Shown here in pieces: positions 26,062 through 36,626 of a stretch of DNA of 64,000 nt (position 1 is the first letter of the stretch; each line of letters starts with the position of its first letter). The stretch lies in the NCBI GenBank assembly GCA_000092065.1, contig CP000590.1; one strand, 5' to 3'. The notes under the pieces were generated by a model. That model had not been told where the DNA came from and did not search any database. It saw nothing but the letters and a program-made list of their open reading frames with translations. The position numbers and the translations under genes are program-made. The DNA comes from Ostreococcus lucimarinus. Taxonomy: Eukaryota.

Positions 26062-27543
26062 ATGCAGACGCCGCGAACGCGCGCGCGCGGGCGCGAGACG
26101 ATCGATACGAACACGCCGGACGGGTCGATCGCGCGCGGGGGCGCGCGCGGCGCGAGTAAGGGCGCGCAGACGTCGCCGTTGTCGGTGCTGCTGCTGCCGT
26201 TGAGCCCGGCGAGCGCGTCGCCGGCGAGCGCGCGCGGGATCGGCGCGAGCGGCGAAGGGACGAATCCGGCGCACGTCGTCGGGGCATTCGCGCGGGAGGA
26301 CGAGGACGGCGAGCCGCGGACGCCGCGGGGAGAGGATGCGGACTTTGGACCGTTCGCGAACGAAAACGACGGCGCGGCGCGATGGGCGCCGACGTCGAAG
26401 AGCGTCGAGGTCGAGCGACGGCGCGCGAAGACGCGAAGCGTAGATTTGGATTTTGATTTTAGGAGCGATGGACGCGATGGGGACGCGGGTGAACCGATGT
26501 TTCGGGTGTTCGGGAGGGATATCGGGAAACCGCCGCGGGGCGGCGGCGGATTGTTCAACTCGTTCGGCTCGCAGAGAGAGGGATCGGGGAGCGAAGGGAT
26601 GAACGATCTATCGTCGTCGTGGGGATCGAGGAATGAACGCGAATTCGGGTCGTCGCTGTCGCGGATGAACTCGTTGGCGGAGACGAAGGTGTTGACGTCG
26701 ACGCTGTTGGTGCGCCAGACGAGTGTTTCGAGCGACGCGGTGTTTGAATTTGACGAGCATTTTCAGTACGAGCAGCAAATTGGCAGCTCGCAAAACTCTG
26801 AGGTATGGTTGGTCACGAGTAAGACGAGCGGGCGCGCGTTCGTGGTGAAGAAGTGCTTGCACGCCTTCACGACTGACGCGCAACGGGCCAAGTTGCGGCG
26901 AGAAGTCGAGGCGGCGGCGTTGCTCCCAGAACATCCAAACATAGTGAGGTACTTCAGAAGTTGGCAAAAAGAGCAACTCTTTTACATACAAATGGAGCAC
27001 TGCGCGTGTGGGTCGCTTTCGAGCGTGCTTGCGCGCTTGCCCCAGGGAAATTTGATCGCCGAGTTGGACGTCTGGCGTCTCGCCGCGCAAGTCGCGAGCG
27101 GCTTGGCGTTCATGCATGCGCACAAGATTATCCATCTAGACATCAAGCCGGACAACATTTACATCGATGTTCATGGTACGTGTAAGATTGGCGACCTCGG
27201 TTTGGCGTACGTGCAAGACGCGGGATGGGATTGGGAAGAAGGCGATGGAGGTTACGTCGCGCCAGAATTGCTCAATATGCTTGGAAGCGACGCGCCGGCG
27301 CCAAGCGCCGACGTCTTCTCTTTAGGTGTCACGTTGTACGAAGCCGCCAGCGGATTGCGATTCCCGAGAGGTGCGACGCCGCGCGCGTCCCTCCCGCCGC
27401 TCCCGGAAGGGAGATCGGCCGAGCTTGCTCGCCTTGTCGACGGTTGTCTGGCGACGGATCCAGACCAGCGCGCGACGGCGCAAGACGTCGCGACGTTTGC
27501 GCAAGAAACAGTCGCGCTGCTTGAACAAAACGCGGCTCGATGA
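26062..27543 (+). CDS. WEE1: Wee1/Myt1-family protein kinase
   Basis: Kinase subdomains VVKK, HLDIKPDNIYI, KIGDLGLA and EGDGGYVAPELL (Wee1-type activation segment). Long disordered N-terminus. The ORF track starts at 25870; the Met at 26062 avoids overlap with the upstream gene. Confidence 0.85.
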   Translation: MQTPRTRARGRETIDTNTPDGSIARGGARGASKGAQTSPLSVLLLPLSPASASPASARGIGASGEGTNPAHVVGAFAREDEDGEPRTPRGEDADFGPFANENDGAARWAPTSKSVEVERRRAKTRSVDLDFDFRSDGRDGDAGEPMFRVFGRDIGKPPRGGGGLFNSFGSQREGSGSEGMNDLSSSWGSRNEREFGSSLSRMNSLAETKVLTSTLLVRQTSVSSDAVFEFDEHFQYEQQIGSSQNSEVWLVTSKTSGRAFVVKKCLHAFTTDAQRAKLRREVEAAALLPEHPNIVRYFRSWQKEQLFYIQMEHCACGSLSSVLARLPQGNLIAELDVWRLAAQVASGLAFMHAHKIIHLDIKPDNIYIDVHGTCKIGDLGLAYVQDAGWDWEEGDGGYVAPELLNMLGSDAPAPSADVFSLGVTLYEAASGLRFPRGATPRASLPPLPEGRSAELARLVDGCLATDPDQRATAQDVATFAQETVALLEQNAAR

Positions 27544-27679
27544 CTTGTACGATATCATTGTAACTAGCTTGTGTGTTATAAAAATCACTTGACTTTATCA
27601 AGATGTGGTGCTACAACGCGGCGCGATGCCGCGTGACGCTCGACGTATACCATTCATGTGTTCATTCGCGACAGCTGGT

Positions 27680-30600
27680 TCATTTTTTCGTTTTCGACGA
27701 CGGGGCGCTTTTCAGCGCACAGGAATTCACCTTAGCCGCGAATCGCAAAGAACATATGGTCTCCTGAGCGCTTTCTAGAGACGGCGAGACGTTGACCAAC
27801 ATCAACGTTTTACAATCGCCGCCGAGTGAATTTTTGAGCAAATACGTCAACTTTGAGTTGCGGAACGGAATGTGCTTTTCCTTGCTCGCCAAGGCAAAGA
27901 TGACGTCACCAAGACTTGAGAGAGATTTATTGATGGCTTGCGCTTCTTTGAGACGATCACCCGTGGCGCCCGTGCGGCTTAATCGTTCGCTCCCGGCCAA
28001 ATCAACCAAATTGAGCGCGCCGTGGATTGGTTCACCCGCTTCGTTGACGCCGTCCAAGCAAAGTCGCATAACCATGTGCGATCGCGAGCTTCGATCGTTC
28101 ATATTCGTCTTCGCTACAGCGCGAGCAGCGTTGGCTTGTTGCATCAATGACTCAACCTCCGCCGCAGAAAAAACCTCAACTTCGCACAAGTTCGTCACGC
28201 GAGTGTTTCCGTCGTCGTCGTGCTTAATCTTGTACTCAATCTTCGCACCCGGCGACGACGCGAGCAAATCTCGAATGTCTTCGTTGTAAATCTCAAGCAG
28301 TGTGGCGGTGATGGACACTTTCAAGCCTTTGGACTCGAGCAAAGATTGTGAGGCGAAAATTTGTTCCATGGACCTCGGAATCAACCCACGCTCTTCGCCC
28401 TTACCGCCCAACATCGTGTACGTTTTACCGCTACCCGTTTGACCGTAAGTGAAGATGCAAACTTTGTAACCGTCCAACGCGCTTTGCACGAGCAAAGAAA
28501 CTTCATCGAAAACGTGCTTTTGACTGTCTTTCTTTGCGAAAACGCGATCGAACGTGAAATCATATTTTTTCGGCGCATCCGGAGGCGTGATTTCGAGTCG
28601 TCGGCCGGCAAATTCACCCTTGCGATCGATCGCGAGATTGGAATCGTCAAACGCACTCTCGTCTTCGGAAGACGGTCGAATGCGGCAGAACACTCGAATG
28701 TTGCCCTTCAACTCTTGAATGGTGTTGTGCAAGTGTCGGCGGGTCACCATGGCATGTAGAAGTTCTTCTTCGCGCGCGGCTAGCTGATCTTTCACCTCTT
28801 GCAGTCGAGCGATGAGCTGAGATGTGCTTCGCTCATCATTCACGATGTTGGCGAGCTGCATTTTGCACTTTGCCATCTCGTTTCCTTGCGCGGTGTGCGC
28901 GCGTTGAAGCGCGTCGAGCTGCTGTCTTACCGAGTTGGCGTCGTCGATAGCGTCTTGTGCCGCCATGGCTCTCGCGCGCTCATCCGCGGCACTTTGGTTT
29001 GCTTTTGCCAAAATTTTCTTCGCTTGACGCAGTTCTTCCTCCATCTCCCGTCGAGCTTCGACTTCCGAGCGCAATCGTTCGTCCAAGGTGGACTTTTCGA
29101 GGTTCAGCGTCTCAACTTTAGATTTGAAGCTCAACTTTTCTCCCTCCACGGTTTGAATGAAGTGCTTGAGCGATGATATTTCGTTTTCCATTTGCTCCTT
29201 ATGATGCTTCAACTGTCGCGCCTCCGCTTGAGCATCGGCGAGCTCGCTACCAAGTTTTGACAACTTGGGATCAAGCGCGTCTTTGCTCGCGCGAGTGGCG
29301 ATTAATTCTGCGTTCAAACGCGTAGATTCAAGCTCGGATGCGTTGGCGCGTTCGGTTTGCGTGGCAACCTTGTGCTCGGCCACGCGCAAAGATTCGGTGA
29401 GCTTGACGATTTTCGCATCAAGCGACTCTTTTGAAGTCGTCATCGATCGCAGTTCGCGCTCTGTCGTCTCGACGCGTTTCGCGCTCGCCTTGAGCTTCTC
29501 TTCCACCGCCGCGAGCTGCGGCTTCAACTGTTCAATCTCAGCAGTCAGGGTATTAAACTGCTCCTGCGCGGTGTTTCGTTCGACGCGTGCGCGTTGTAAA
29601 TCAGCTGTTGCGTGATTATGTGCGTCCTCTGCTCGACGCGCGCGTTCCTCCGCGGCTTCGGCTTCGCTCGCGCTTTTGGCGGCTTTTGATCGCGCGTCGA
29701 CGGCGTCCTCGAGCGCTCGCGTCATCGCCTGAGAACTCCCATCTTTCTCCGCGCGCGTTTTCGCGAGTTCATTGTGCAGACGATCAGTCTTCTCGCGCAT
29801 ACTCTCCCGCTCCGTCGCGTGTTCGTTCGCTTGCTGCTGCAAAGCCTCGACTTGCATCTCTAATCCACTCTTTTCCCCTCGAAGGGTGCCGATGTCTGTC
29901 GTTAACTTTGACTTATCCTCTTGCAACATCGCATTCGACGTTTTCATCTCTTCCATCTCCGCATTCGTCTCGCTCAATGTCTTCTTTAACACCGCAATTT
30001 CCTGCTCCAAGCGCTCGACCTCTTCTTGCAATCTATCCGCTCTCTCCACCGCGGCTTCGGCTTCGACGCGCGCGCGCTCCGCCGCCTCCTGCGCGTCTTT
30101 CCGTTCACGCTCAGCCTCTCCTTTCGCCCGCTCGCTCGATCTTACCCCCTCGTTCGCCTTCTTTGCCCGTTCTTCCAACCGTTCCTGTTCCTCGATCGCC
30201 TCTCGCAACCGTATCTCAACGTTCGCCTTCCCCTCCTCCGCGACGCGCAACGACTCTCGAATCGCCGCCGCCGCGCGTTCGTGCTTGGCGTCGCAATTCG
30301 CCAGCTCCACCCGCGCATCCATCATCCGTCCCATCAGTTCCCGCACCGCCGGTTTCAACTCCCCCAAGTACGCATCACACGCCTTCGCCTTACCGACCTT
30401 ATCAAACTTATCCTTCCCTCGCGGATTCTTTCCCAGCAGCGCCTCCAGCGCCTCGTCTCGCGCGTCCGCCGTCACTCGCACCGCCACCTCCTCCCCGCCT
30501 CCCACCGATCGGCACGACGCCGTCGATCGCGCGCACGACTGCAACACCATCCCTCCCCGCGTCGTCGCGCTCACCTCGCGTTTCGTTCGCTTCGGCGTCG

Positions 30601-30775
30601 TCTGTTCCGTCGTCGTTTCGTTTACTCGTTTCGTCGTCATCGTCCCATCTCCATCGCTCTCGACGCCCGTTCGCGCGTCGTTCTCCTTCCCGCGTCGTTC
30701 GCGCGCGTCCAAAACGTGCGTCTGCGGGCGCGGGATGCGCGTGCGGAAGCCGCGGTCGCGCCGCCGGTCGTCCAT
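27680..30775 (-). CDS. Kinesin-14 (C-terminal motor, minus-end directed)
   Basis: About 600 aa N-terminal coiled-coil (E/K/R/A/L-rich heptads). C-terminal motor has NIRVFCRIRP, GQTGSGKTYTM (P-loop), SSRSHMV (switch I) and VDLAGSERL (switch II). Confidence 0.92.
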   Translation of the reverse strand: MDDRRRDRGFRTRIPRPQTHVLDARERRGKENDARTGVESDGDGTMTTKRVNETTTEQTTPKRTKREVSATTRGGMVLQSCARSTASCRSVGGGEEVAVRVTADARDEALEALLGKNPRGKDKFDKVGKAKACDAYLGELKPAVRELMGRMMDARVELANCDAKHERAAAAIRESLRVAEEGKANVEIRLREAIEEQERLEERAKKANEGVRSSERAKGEAERERKDAQEAAERARVEAEAAVERADRLQEEVERLEQEIAVLKKTLSETNAEMEEMKTSNAMLQEDKSKLTTDIGTLRGEKSGLEMQVEALQQQANEHATERESMREKTDRLHNELAKTRAEKDGSSQAMTRALEDAVDARSKAAKSASEAEAAEERARRAEDAHNHATADLQRARVERNTAQEQFNTLTAEIEQLKPQLAAVEEKLKASAKRVETTERELRSMTTSKESLDAKIVKLTESLRVAEHKVATQTERANASELESTRLNAELIATRASKDALDPKLSKLGSELADAQAEARQLKHHKEQMENEISSLKHFIQTVEGEKLSFKSKVETLNLEKSTLDERLRSEVEARREMEEELRQAKKILAKANQSAADERARAMAAQDAIDDANSVRQQLDALQRAHTAQGNEMAKCKMQLANIVNDERSTSQLIARLQEVKDQLAAREEELLHAMVTRRHLHNTIQELKGNIRVFCRIRPSSEDESAFDDSNLAIDRKGEFAGRRLEITPPDAPKKYDFTFDRVFAKKDSQKHVFDEVSLLVQSALDGYKVCIFTYGQTGSGKTYTMLGGKGEERGLIPRSMEQIFASQSLLESKGLKVSITATLLEIYNEDIRDLLASSPGAKIEYKIKHDDDGNTRVTNLCEVEVFSAAEVESLMQQANAARAVAKTNMNDRSSRSHMVMRLCLDGVNEAGEPIHGALNLVDLAGSERLSRTGATGDRLKEAQAINKSLSSLGDVIFALASKEKHIPFRNSKLTYLLKNSLGGDCKTLMLVNVSPSLESAQETICSLRFAAKVNSCALKSAPSSKTKK

Positions 30776-30844
30776 GCGTCGACTTTTGGCGACGATTCGT
30801 CGTTTGAAGAGAATGTCGCTTTAGTTCCCCCTCACTGACGCGCG

Positions 30845-32103
30845 ATGTGCGCGCGCGCGAATCGTCCGCGCGTCGCGCGGACGCGCGCCGCGAGCGACGC
30901 GCGCGCGAGCGATGACGCGCGCGGCGCGCGCGCGCGAGCGACGGCGCGCGCGGCGCGGTCGACGCGGCGGGAGGTTTTGATCGGGACCGGCGCGGGCGCG
31001 ATCGGCGCGGCGACGAGGGACGCGCGCGCGGCGCCGAGCGCGCGGCTCGCGAGCGTCGGCGAACTGGGAATAGGGACGTGGAGTTGGGGAAACACCGCGG
31101 TGTGGGTGCGTCGCGACGACGCGACGACGCGATGACGCGGGAGCGATGAGTGATGGACGACGCGACTGACGAAGCGCGAGGGCGCGACGCGTAGGATTAC
31201 GACGAGTCCATGGATCCCGAACTCGAACGCGTGTTTAATCGCGCGGTCGAGGCGGGGGTGAAACTTTTCGATACGGCGGATTCGTACGGAACCGGGGCGG
31301 GATTCGACGGGCGAAGCGAGACGCTGCTCGGGCGGTTTCTGAAAAACTGCCCGAGCGATGAGGCGAAGGATGTCATCCTGGCGACGAAGCTGGCGCCGTT
31401 TCCGTGGCGGGTGACGAGTGGAAGCTTTGTGAAGGCGGCGAGGGAAAGCGCGGCGCGGTTGCAGTTGGAGAAGATTCCGCTCGGGCAGTTGCACTGGTCG
31501 ACGGGAAACTACCAACCGTTGCAGGAGGGGGCGCTGTGGGCGGGGATCGCCGACGCGTACGATGAGGGCGTCATCGGTGCCGTGGGGTTGTCGAATTACG
31601 GACCGAAACAATTAAGGAAGATTCACAAGTACATGAGCGCGCGAGGGGTGCCGATTTCGACGTTGCAGGTGCAATATCATTTGCTGAGTCGATTTCCAGA
31701 GCTGAACGGCACCAAGGAGACGTGCGACGAACTGGGCATTAAGCTCATCGCGTACAGCCCGCTCGCCTTGGGGTTACTCACCGGAAAGTATAGCGTAGAA
31801 AATCCACCACCAGGGATTCGTGGGGTGGCGTACAAAGGGGTGCTACCGCCGCTCCCGACGCTTTTAGAAACCATGCGAGAAGTCGGCGATGCGCACGGCG
31901 GCAAGACGCTTCCGCAAGTCGCTCTCAACTGGTGCATGTGCAAGGACACTGTGCCTATTCCGGGCGCGAAAAATATGCGTCAACTCGAAGACAACCTCGG
32001 TTCGCTCGGATGGCGCTTGAGTGCGAGCGAAATCGAAGAGCTCGATCGCGCGGCGGTCAAGGTTGGTAAGTCGACGTCGCAAAACATATTTCAAACGTCT
32101 TAG
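30845..32103 (+). CDS. Aldo-keto reductase; two exons (30845..31105, 31195..32103) with Tat-like (RR) presequence
   Basis: Exon 1 ends ...SVGELGIGTWSWGNTAVW (AKR N-terminal GxW motif). Exon 2 gives DYDESMDPELERVFNRAVEAGVKLFDTADSYG... and the rest of the AKR barrel. The intron 31106..31194 runs gtgcgt...gtag, 89 nt, and accounts for the frame change between ORFs 30845..31135 and 31210..32103. Presequence contains STRREVLIGTGAGAIGAATRDARAAPSA. Confidence 0.8.
31106..31194 (+). other. Spliceosomal intron (89 nt, GTGCGT...AG) in the aldo-keto reductase gene
   Basis: Donor gtgcgt lies directly after the TGG (Trp) codon at 31103-31105. Acceptor ...gcgtag precedes gattacgacgag. Length mod 3 = 2 matches the frame offset between the two ORFs. 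Confidence 0.65.
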
Positions 32104-32157
32104 TTTTAGCACACTGTAATCAATACAAACAATGCGTGCGCGCATGATTCGATTTCA

Positions 32158-33069
32158 TCATTCGATTTCGTCGAGACCCGTGCGCTTGAAAGCGTTCTCG
32201 ACGGGATCGGTCTCGCCGGCGACTTTGCACCTGAACGGCACAAAGGTGCCGGGTCCTTCCACGTTCTCGTTTGCGAATCGAGATTTGTTGGCCTCCCCGC
32301 TTTGAACGTCTTCGAAGCGTTGAACCAGCATCGATTCAAATTCCGCTTCTTCCTCCTTCTTGATTTCGTCGTACGATGAACCACCGGCGGCGAAATCCTG
32401 ATTCACCGCGTGCTCGGGGTCACGAAGTGGATCCGTTTTCGCTGGATCGAAACCGTAGAATTCTCCTTCGTCGTTCACTTCAGGATGGATTCCTAGCTTC
32501 TCCGTCAGGTATCGCGCGTGCGCGCTCCACAACACGCCGACGTTTTGTCGATATGATTTTCCTTTCGTGCTCTCATCATCGCCCCCGGTAATCCTGCAAA
32601 AATGCACTAGTCTTGCGGCCTTGCGACGCGCTGCGACGACGTACGGATTCCTGGGCGGGTACTCTTTTCTCAGGGAACCATCGGGCCAGCGGAACATTTG
32701 CTCGAGCGGATTGAAACCAGCCACGCGAGGCGCATCCGGGACTTTGATGGTACCGTCATTATTGAAACCGGTTTCGGCTTCGGTCAAGCGTGGCATGTGC
32801 ACGTGGTTGCTCGACTTGCGCTCCCATTTTGGTTCTTCGTCTTCATCGGTCGTGTACAGTCTGTGGAAATTCTTCTCGCGTGTTCGGGTCGGTGTGGGTG
32901 AATCTACGGGTGCGGCGACTGGTGTCGTCGCATCGTTCTTTAGCGCCGACGTCGTCGACGTGGACAAGCGAGGCATCGCGTCGAGAAGTGGCGCAAAAAT
33001 CGAGGCGCGACGACGGGACATGCTCGTCGCGACGGCGATGGAAACAACAACACCTTTGGTCGCTAACAT
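32158..33069 (-). CDS. Hypothetical protein with mitochondrial-type presequence
   Basis: MLATKGVVVSIAVATSMSRRRASIFAPLL presequence. Well-biased codons throughout. Conserved-looking core HFCRITGGDDESTKGKSYRQNVGVLWSAHARYLTEKLGIHPEV. Family not recognised. Confidence 0.5.
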   Translation of the reverse strand: MLATKGVVVSIAVATSMSRRRASIFAPLLDAMPRLSTSTTSALKNDATTPVAAPVDSPTPTRTREKNFHRLYTTDEDEEPKWERKSSNHVHMPRLTEAETGFNNDGTIKVPDAPRVAGFNPLEQMFRWPDGSLRKEYPPRNPYVVAARRKAARLVHFCRITGGDDESTKGKSYRQNVGVLWSAHARYLTEKLGIHPEVNDEGEFYGFDPAKTDPLRDPEHAVNQDFAAGGSSYDEIKKEEEAEFESMLVQRFEDVQSGEANKSRFANENVEGPGTFVPFRCKVAGETDPVENAFKRTGLDEIE

Positions 33070-33109
33070 GACTACGCTGTTGCTGGCTAGGTTACTAATT
33101 TCTGAACAT

Positions 33110-33820
33110 CTAACTCATCGGTCTTTTCCTCGGTGATTGCGTCTCCCACTTTGAGATCCCGGTGTACTTGCCAATCTTTATCGGTTTCGGCGCGTCGAGC
33201 CGGCGCAAGCACCCGTGCGTCACTAGAAACGCCATCGTGAGCAACATCGTCGTCGACATCGCCGCCGACGCCTTGGTGTACATCATCACAAACCAAGAAA
33301 TGATCGTCCCGATCATCTTCAACGCCTGCATTTCGCTCGTCGCCGCGATGTTTCGATCCATCCACGCGTACAACTTTGCGCTCGCGTACGCGCCGACGAC
33401 AGCCGTCGGATTCCTATACAACATCACCCCCCCGAACACCAGCGCCATGCGCGCGTAATTCCCCACGTACTCGAACGCATTCCCGTCTAATCGTATCTTG
33501 CACTCCAGCATCGTCTTCGGCACGGAATACGACCGTCGAAGGTGATCCGTGCACAGAAACTCGCGCCACGGCTTGGGCGGCTTTTTCAGATCATCCACCG
33601 TCATGTACGGCGTCTTGAACCGCACGCTCGCGCGCCCTCCCGAATCGCTCCCGCGCCGATCGGGGACGTCGGCGCGTCGGTCGCGGTCGCGCGAGCTCGT
33701 CGCGGGCGCGCTATCGCCGTTTTTTCGGTGCTTGACCCACTGAGTGAAATCATCTCGACCGAGGGACAGGGAGAGTGGATTACCGCTGAACACGCCGTTC
33801 GCGGCGCCGTTCGAGGCCAT
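33110..33820 (-). CDS. PRA1 (prenylated Rab acceptor / Yip3) family protein
   Basis: KPPKPWREFLCTDHLRRSYSVPKTMLECKIRLDGNAFEYVGNYARMALVFGGVMLYRNP. Two hydrophobic hairpins, as expected for a PRA1-family topology. Confidence 0.7.
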   Translation of the reverse strand: MASNGAANGVFSGNPLSLSLGRDDFTQWVKHRKNGDSAPATSSRDRDRRADVPDRRGSDSGGRASVRFKTPYMTVDDLKKPPKPWREFLCTDHLRRSYSVPKTMLECKIRLDGNAFEYVGNYARMALVFGGVMLYRNPTAVVGAYASAKLYAWMDRNIAATSEMQALKMIGTIISWFVMMYTKASAAMSTTMLLTMAFLVTHGCLRRLDAPKPIKIGKYTGISKWETQSPRKRPMS

Positions 33821-34040
33821 GACGGACGCGCGCGACGTCGCTCGCGCCGCGCGTCGATTCGGCGATGGCGCGCGCGGAAGAATGACGAGTGGTCAGCGGT
33901 CGCGACGGCGGTTCGCGCTCGAGTCGGCGGCGAGCGCGAAACGGGACGGTCGCGCGCGCGTGAGCGATTCGTGCAAGCTATGGCACTCGTGATGATACAT
34001 GATTCACGGCGAACGCACCGCGATGGGGTGATTGAGGCTA

Positions 34041-34910
34041 CTATAACGGACGCTTCTTCGCCATGCCCGCGCGACGCGGATACTTGTCCGGCGTCGGCGA
34101 TAATTTCTCGCACACCACCGCCGTGCGCTTGTTTCCGTCGGGTCCGATGGAATCCACGCTCTCCGCGCACATCGCACCACCGCCCAAAATCGTCACCGCG
34201 TTCACGGCGTCCCGAATCTCATCCGCCACCGCCGCGTTTTTCGGAGAAATCCAATACCCACCGACGCGCGCCAGCGGAACGCAAAACTCCGCCAAGACCC
34301 TCAACTCCGCCACCGCGCGCGCCGTGACGACGTCAAAACTCTCTCTCCACTTCTCATCTCGTCCTAAATCCTCCGCCCGTCCCCAGACGACGTCCACGTT
34401 CGTCAATCCGATTTCCCGCGTCGTCGCCTCCAGAAAATTCGTCCGCTTTCGCAGCGTGTCCAACAGCGTGAACCGCCATCCCGGTCGCGCGATCGCGAGC
34501 GGGATCCCCGGCAGTCCCGCGCCGCTGCCGACGTCCAACACGCGCGTCGCATCGCTTCCGATCGTCTCGCTCGCGTCGTCGAAGACTTTCAGCAGCGCCA
34601 ACGCGTCGCTCGCGTGCGACTCGAGCACCTCCTCCGCGCTCGTCGCGCCCGTGAGCATCCCGTGCTCGCCCTTGTTCTCGCGAATCAGCGCGCGCGCGTA
34701 GGCGAGCATCTGTTCGCGCTGTTTCGCGTCGAGCGTCGCGGCGAGCGCGTCGTAGGGCGACGCCGCGCTTCGCGCCGTCGCGAGCGGTCGCGCGTGGAAA
34801 TCGACGCACCGTCGCGCGAGCGGACGACGCGCGGCGCGCGGGCGCGCGGGCGCGACGCGCGCGATGCGCGCGACGACGCGGATCGCGCGCGCGGTGCGCG
34901 CGGGCGTCAT
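34041..34910 (-). CDS. rsmG: 16S rRNA (guanine527-N7)-methyltransferase RsmG/GidB, organellar
   Basis: VLDVGSGAGLPGIPLAIARPGWRFTLLDTLRKRTNFLEATTREIGLTNVDVVWGRAEDLG...FDVVTARAVAELRVLAEFCVPLARVGGYW is the GidB signature. R-rich presequence. The ORF-track start at 35102 would overlap the divergent neighbour, so the Met at 34908-34910 is preferred. Confidence 0.8.
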   Translation of the reverse strand: MTPARTARAIRVVARIARVAPARPRAARRPLARRCVDFHARPLATARSAASPYDALAATLDAKQREQMLAYARALIRENKGEHGMLTGATSAEEVLESHASDALALLKVFDDASETIGSDATRVLDVGSGAGLPGIPLAIARPGWRFTLLDTLRKRTNFLEATTREIGLTNVDVVWGRAEDLGRDEKWRESFDVVTARAVAELRVLAEFCVPLARVGGYWISPKNAAVADEIRDAVNAVTILGGGAMCAESVDSIGPDGNKRTAVVCEKLSPTPDKYPRRAGMAKKRPL

Positions 34911-35107
34911 CGCGCGCGCGCGCGGGTGTGTGCGGTCGCGTCGTGCGCGTCGATGTCGACACGCACCGCGGCAGAAGCGCGCGCGCGCGGCGCGCGATGC
35001 GCGTTCGCGACGCGAGAGTCGACGCCGACGGCGCCGACGCACCGCCTGGGGCGGTGTACGCGCCGCGCAGACGCGCGAGGACGGCGGAAACGTCGAAGTC
35101 AACGCGG

Positions 35108-36577
35108 ATGGAGATTTTGAAAGATTTCAAAGCGTCGACTTTAACGCGACATTTACGCGTCGTCGAGGGCGACGGCGCGGACGACGCGCGCGCGTGGGAC
35201 GATAAATCGTCGTACTTTTCATCGGCGCGCGAACGAGGGAAGGAGAACGATCGCGTGGCGCGCGGGGGCGGTGATGTTGCGAAAGTAGTTGGGACGGTTG
35301 ACGCGCCGGCGCCGGCGCCGGCGCGAACGCCGCGAAGGAAAAGTTCGGCGCGGTTGGCGCTGGTGGCGATCGAACAGTGGCGATGGGTGGTGCGTCACGG
35401 GAAAGGGGCGCGTTCGACACGCGCGCGCGAGCACAGGGAGGTGCGGTTGATGAAGACGGCGTTCACGGCGATGCGCGCGCGGAGGCGAGAGGGCTCGCAT
35501 CGAGCGCTGCGGGCGAAGATTTATTGGCGTCTCGGGGCGACGCAGCGCGCGTTCGCGAGTTGGCGCGGAGAGGTTGAGCGCGCGCGTGATAGTGTAATGC
35601 AGGCGCGCGTACGGCGTTGCGTGCGGAAGTGGCGGGAGACGACCGAGGCGAGAGCGGAGGCGCGCTCTGCGCGCGCGCGAACGTCGGAGCAAATCGCGTG
35701 GTATCACGATTGCGTGACCTCGATGCGTCGAGCGTTCGGGACGTGGCGACGCGCGTGCGAACCCGAGGCGCGCGGCGCGCGCGCCCGGATGGAGTTCTAC
35801 GATCGATACGCGAGGAAGACGCTGTTGAAACGCGCCATCGACGGATGGAGGGACGCCGCGCGCAGGCAAATGGACGAGCGAACGAATGCGCTCATCGCAA
35901 CGTCTTTCGACGAAGTGAAGACGCTTTCGCGAGCGATGCGAGCGTGGAAAAGCGCACACGCCGATTCATCAAACAGCGACGCTGACGACGATAAGGTGGA
36001 GACGTTTCGCGCGTTTCAAGCGGTAAACGCTCTGTCGAGCGTGTTTTCGGCGTGGGTTGACCAAGCGCGCGAAACAAGCGAACGAGCGCGCGCGTCACAG
36101 GCGACGCCGGCAAAAACGCGCGCGGGCCGTACGAAGCACGCGTTATACGCGTGGCTCTTCGACCGCTCGAAAGCGAACGATTATGAAGAGGAGGTGCTGG
36201 ATTTTTTAGAGACGCGCGAGGCTGCCGCCGCGATGGAACAGGATAAATTAGACTTAGAAGATTTCGAACAAGCCGTGGACGAATACGAGGAGCTACGCGA
36301 AGAGGCAAAGCGATTGATCGCGGAGGCGAAAACGTTGAAAAACGCGAGCACGAAAAAGGCGATCGCTCGACGTAGAGTGTTAAAGGCGACTGCGGCGTAT
36401 CTGAGCCAACGCCGCGAAGAACTTTTGCCAGTGATTCGCCGAGCCGCGGGCGCCGAGAAATGGCGCTCGCGCTCGGTGGGCACGAGTTCGTTAGGATTCT
36501 CCATTCTTGATGACGCCGACGCCGCCGACGATGCCGCCGACGATGCCGACGACGCGTTCTTGCGACGCAAATATTGA
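35108..36577 (+). CDS. Trp-repeat protein, Sfi1-like (putative centrin-binding repeats)
   Basis: Recurring A-[FIML]-x-x-W-[RK] units spaced about 23-35 aa apart: RAFASWRGE, CVRKWRET, RAFGTWRRA, RAIDGWRDA, RAMRAWKSA, SVFSAWVDQ, HALYAWLFD. Acidic C-terminal tail. The ORF track starts at 34928. Confidence 0.4.
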   Translation: MEILKDFKASTLTRHLRVVEGDGADDARAWDDKSSYFSSARERGKENDRVARGGGDVAKVVGTVDAPAPAPARTPRRKSSARLALVAIEQWRWVVRHGKGARSTRAREHREVRLMKTAFTAMRARRREGSHRALRAKIYWRLGATQRAFASWRGEVERARDSVMQARVRRCVRKWRETTEARAEARSARARTSEQIAWYHDCVTSMRRAFGTWRRACEPEARGARARMEFYDRYARKTLLKRAIDGWRDAARRQMDERTNALIATSFDEVKTLSRAMRAWKSAHADSSNSDADDDKVETFRAFQAVNALSSVFSAWVDQARETSERARASQATPAKTRAGRTKHALYAWLFDRSKANDYEEEVLDFLETREAAAAMEQDKLDLEDFEQAVDEYEELREEAKRLIAEAKTLKNASTKKAIARRRVLKATAAYLSQRREELLPVIRRAAGAEKWRSRSVGTSSLGFSILDDADAADDAADDADDAFLRRKY

Positions 36578-36626
36578 ACGCGCACTTAGACGATTATTGT
36601 GACTAAAAACCGTGATACCGCGAATG

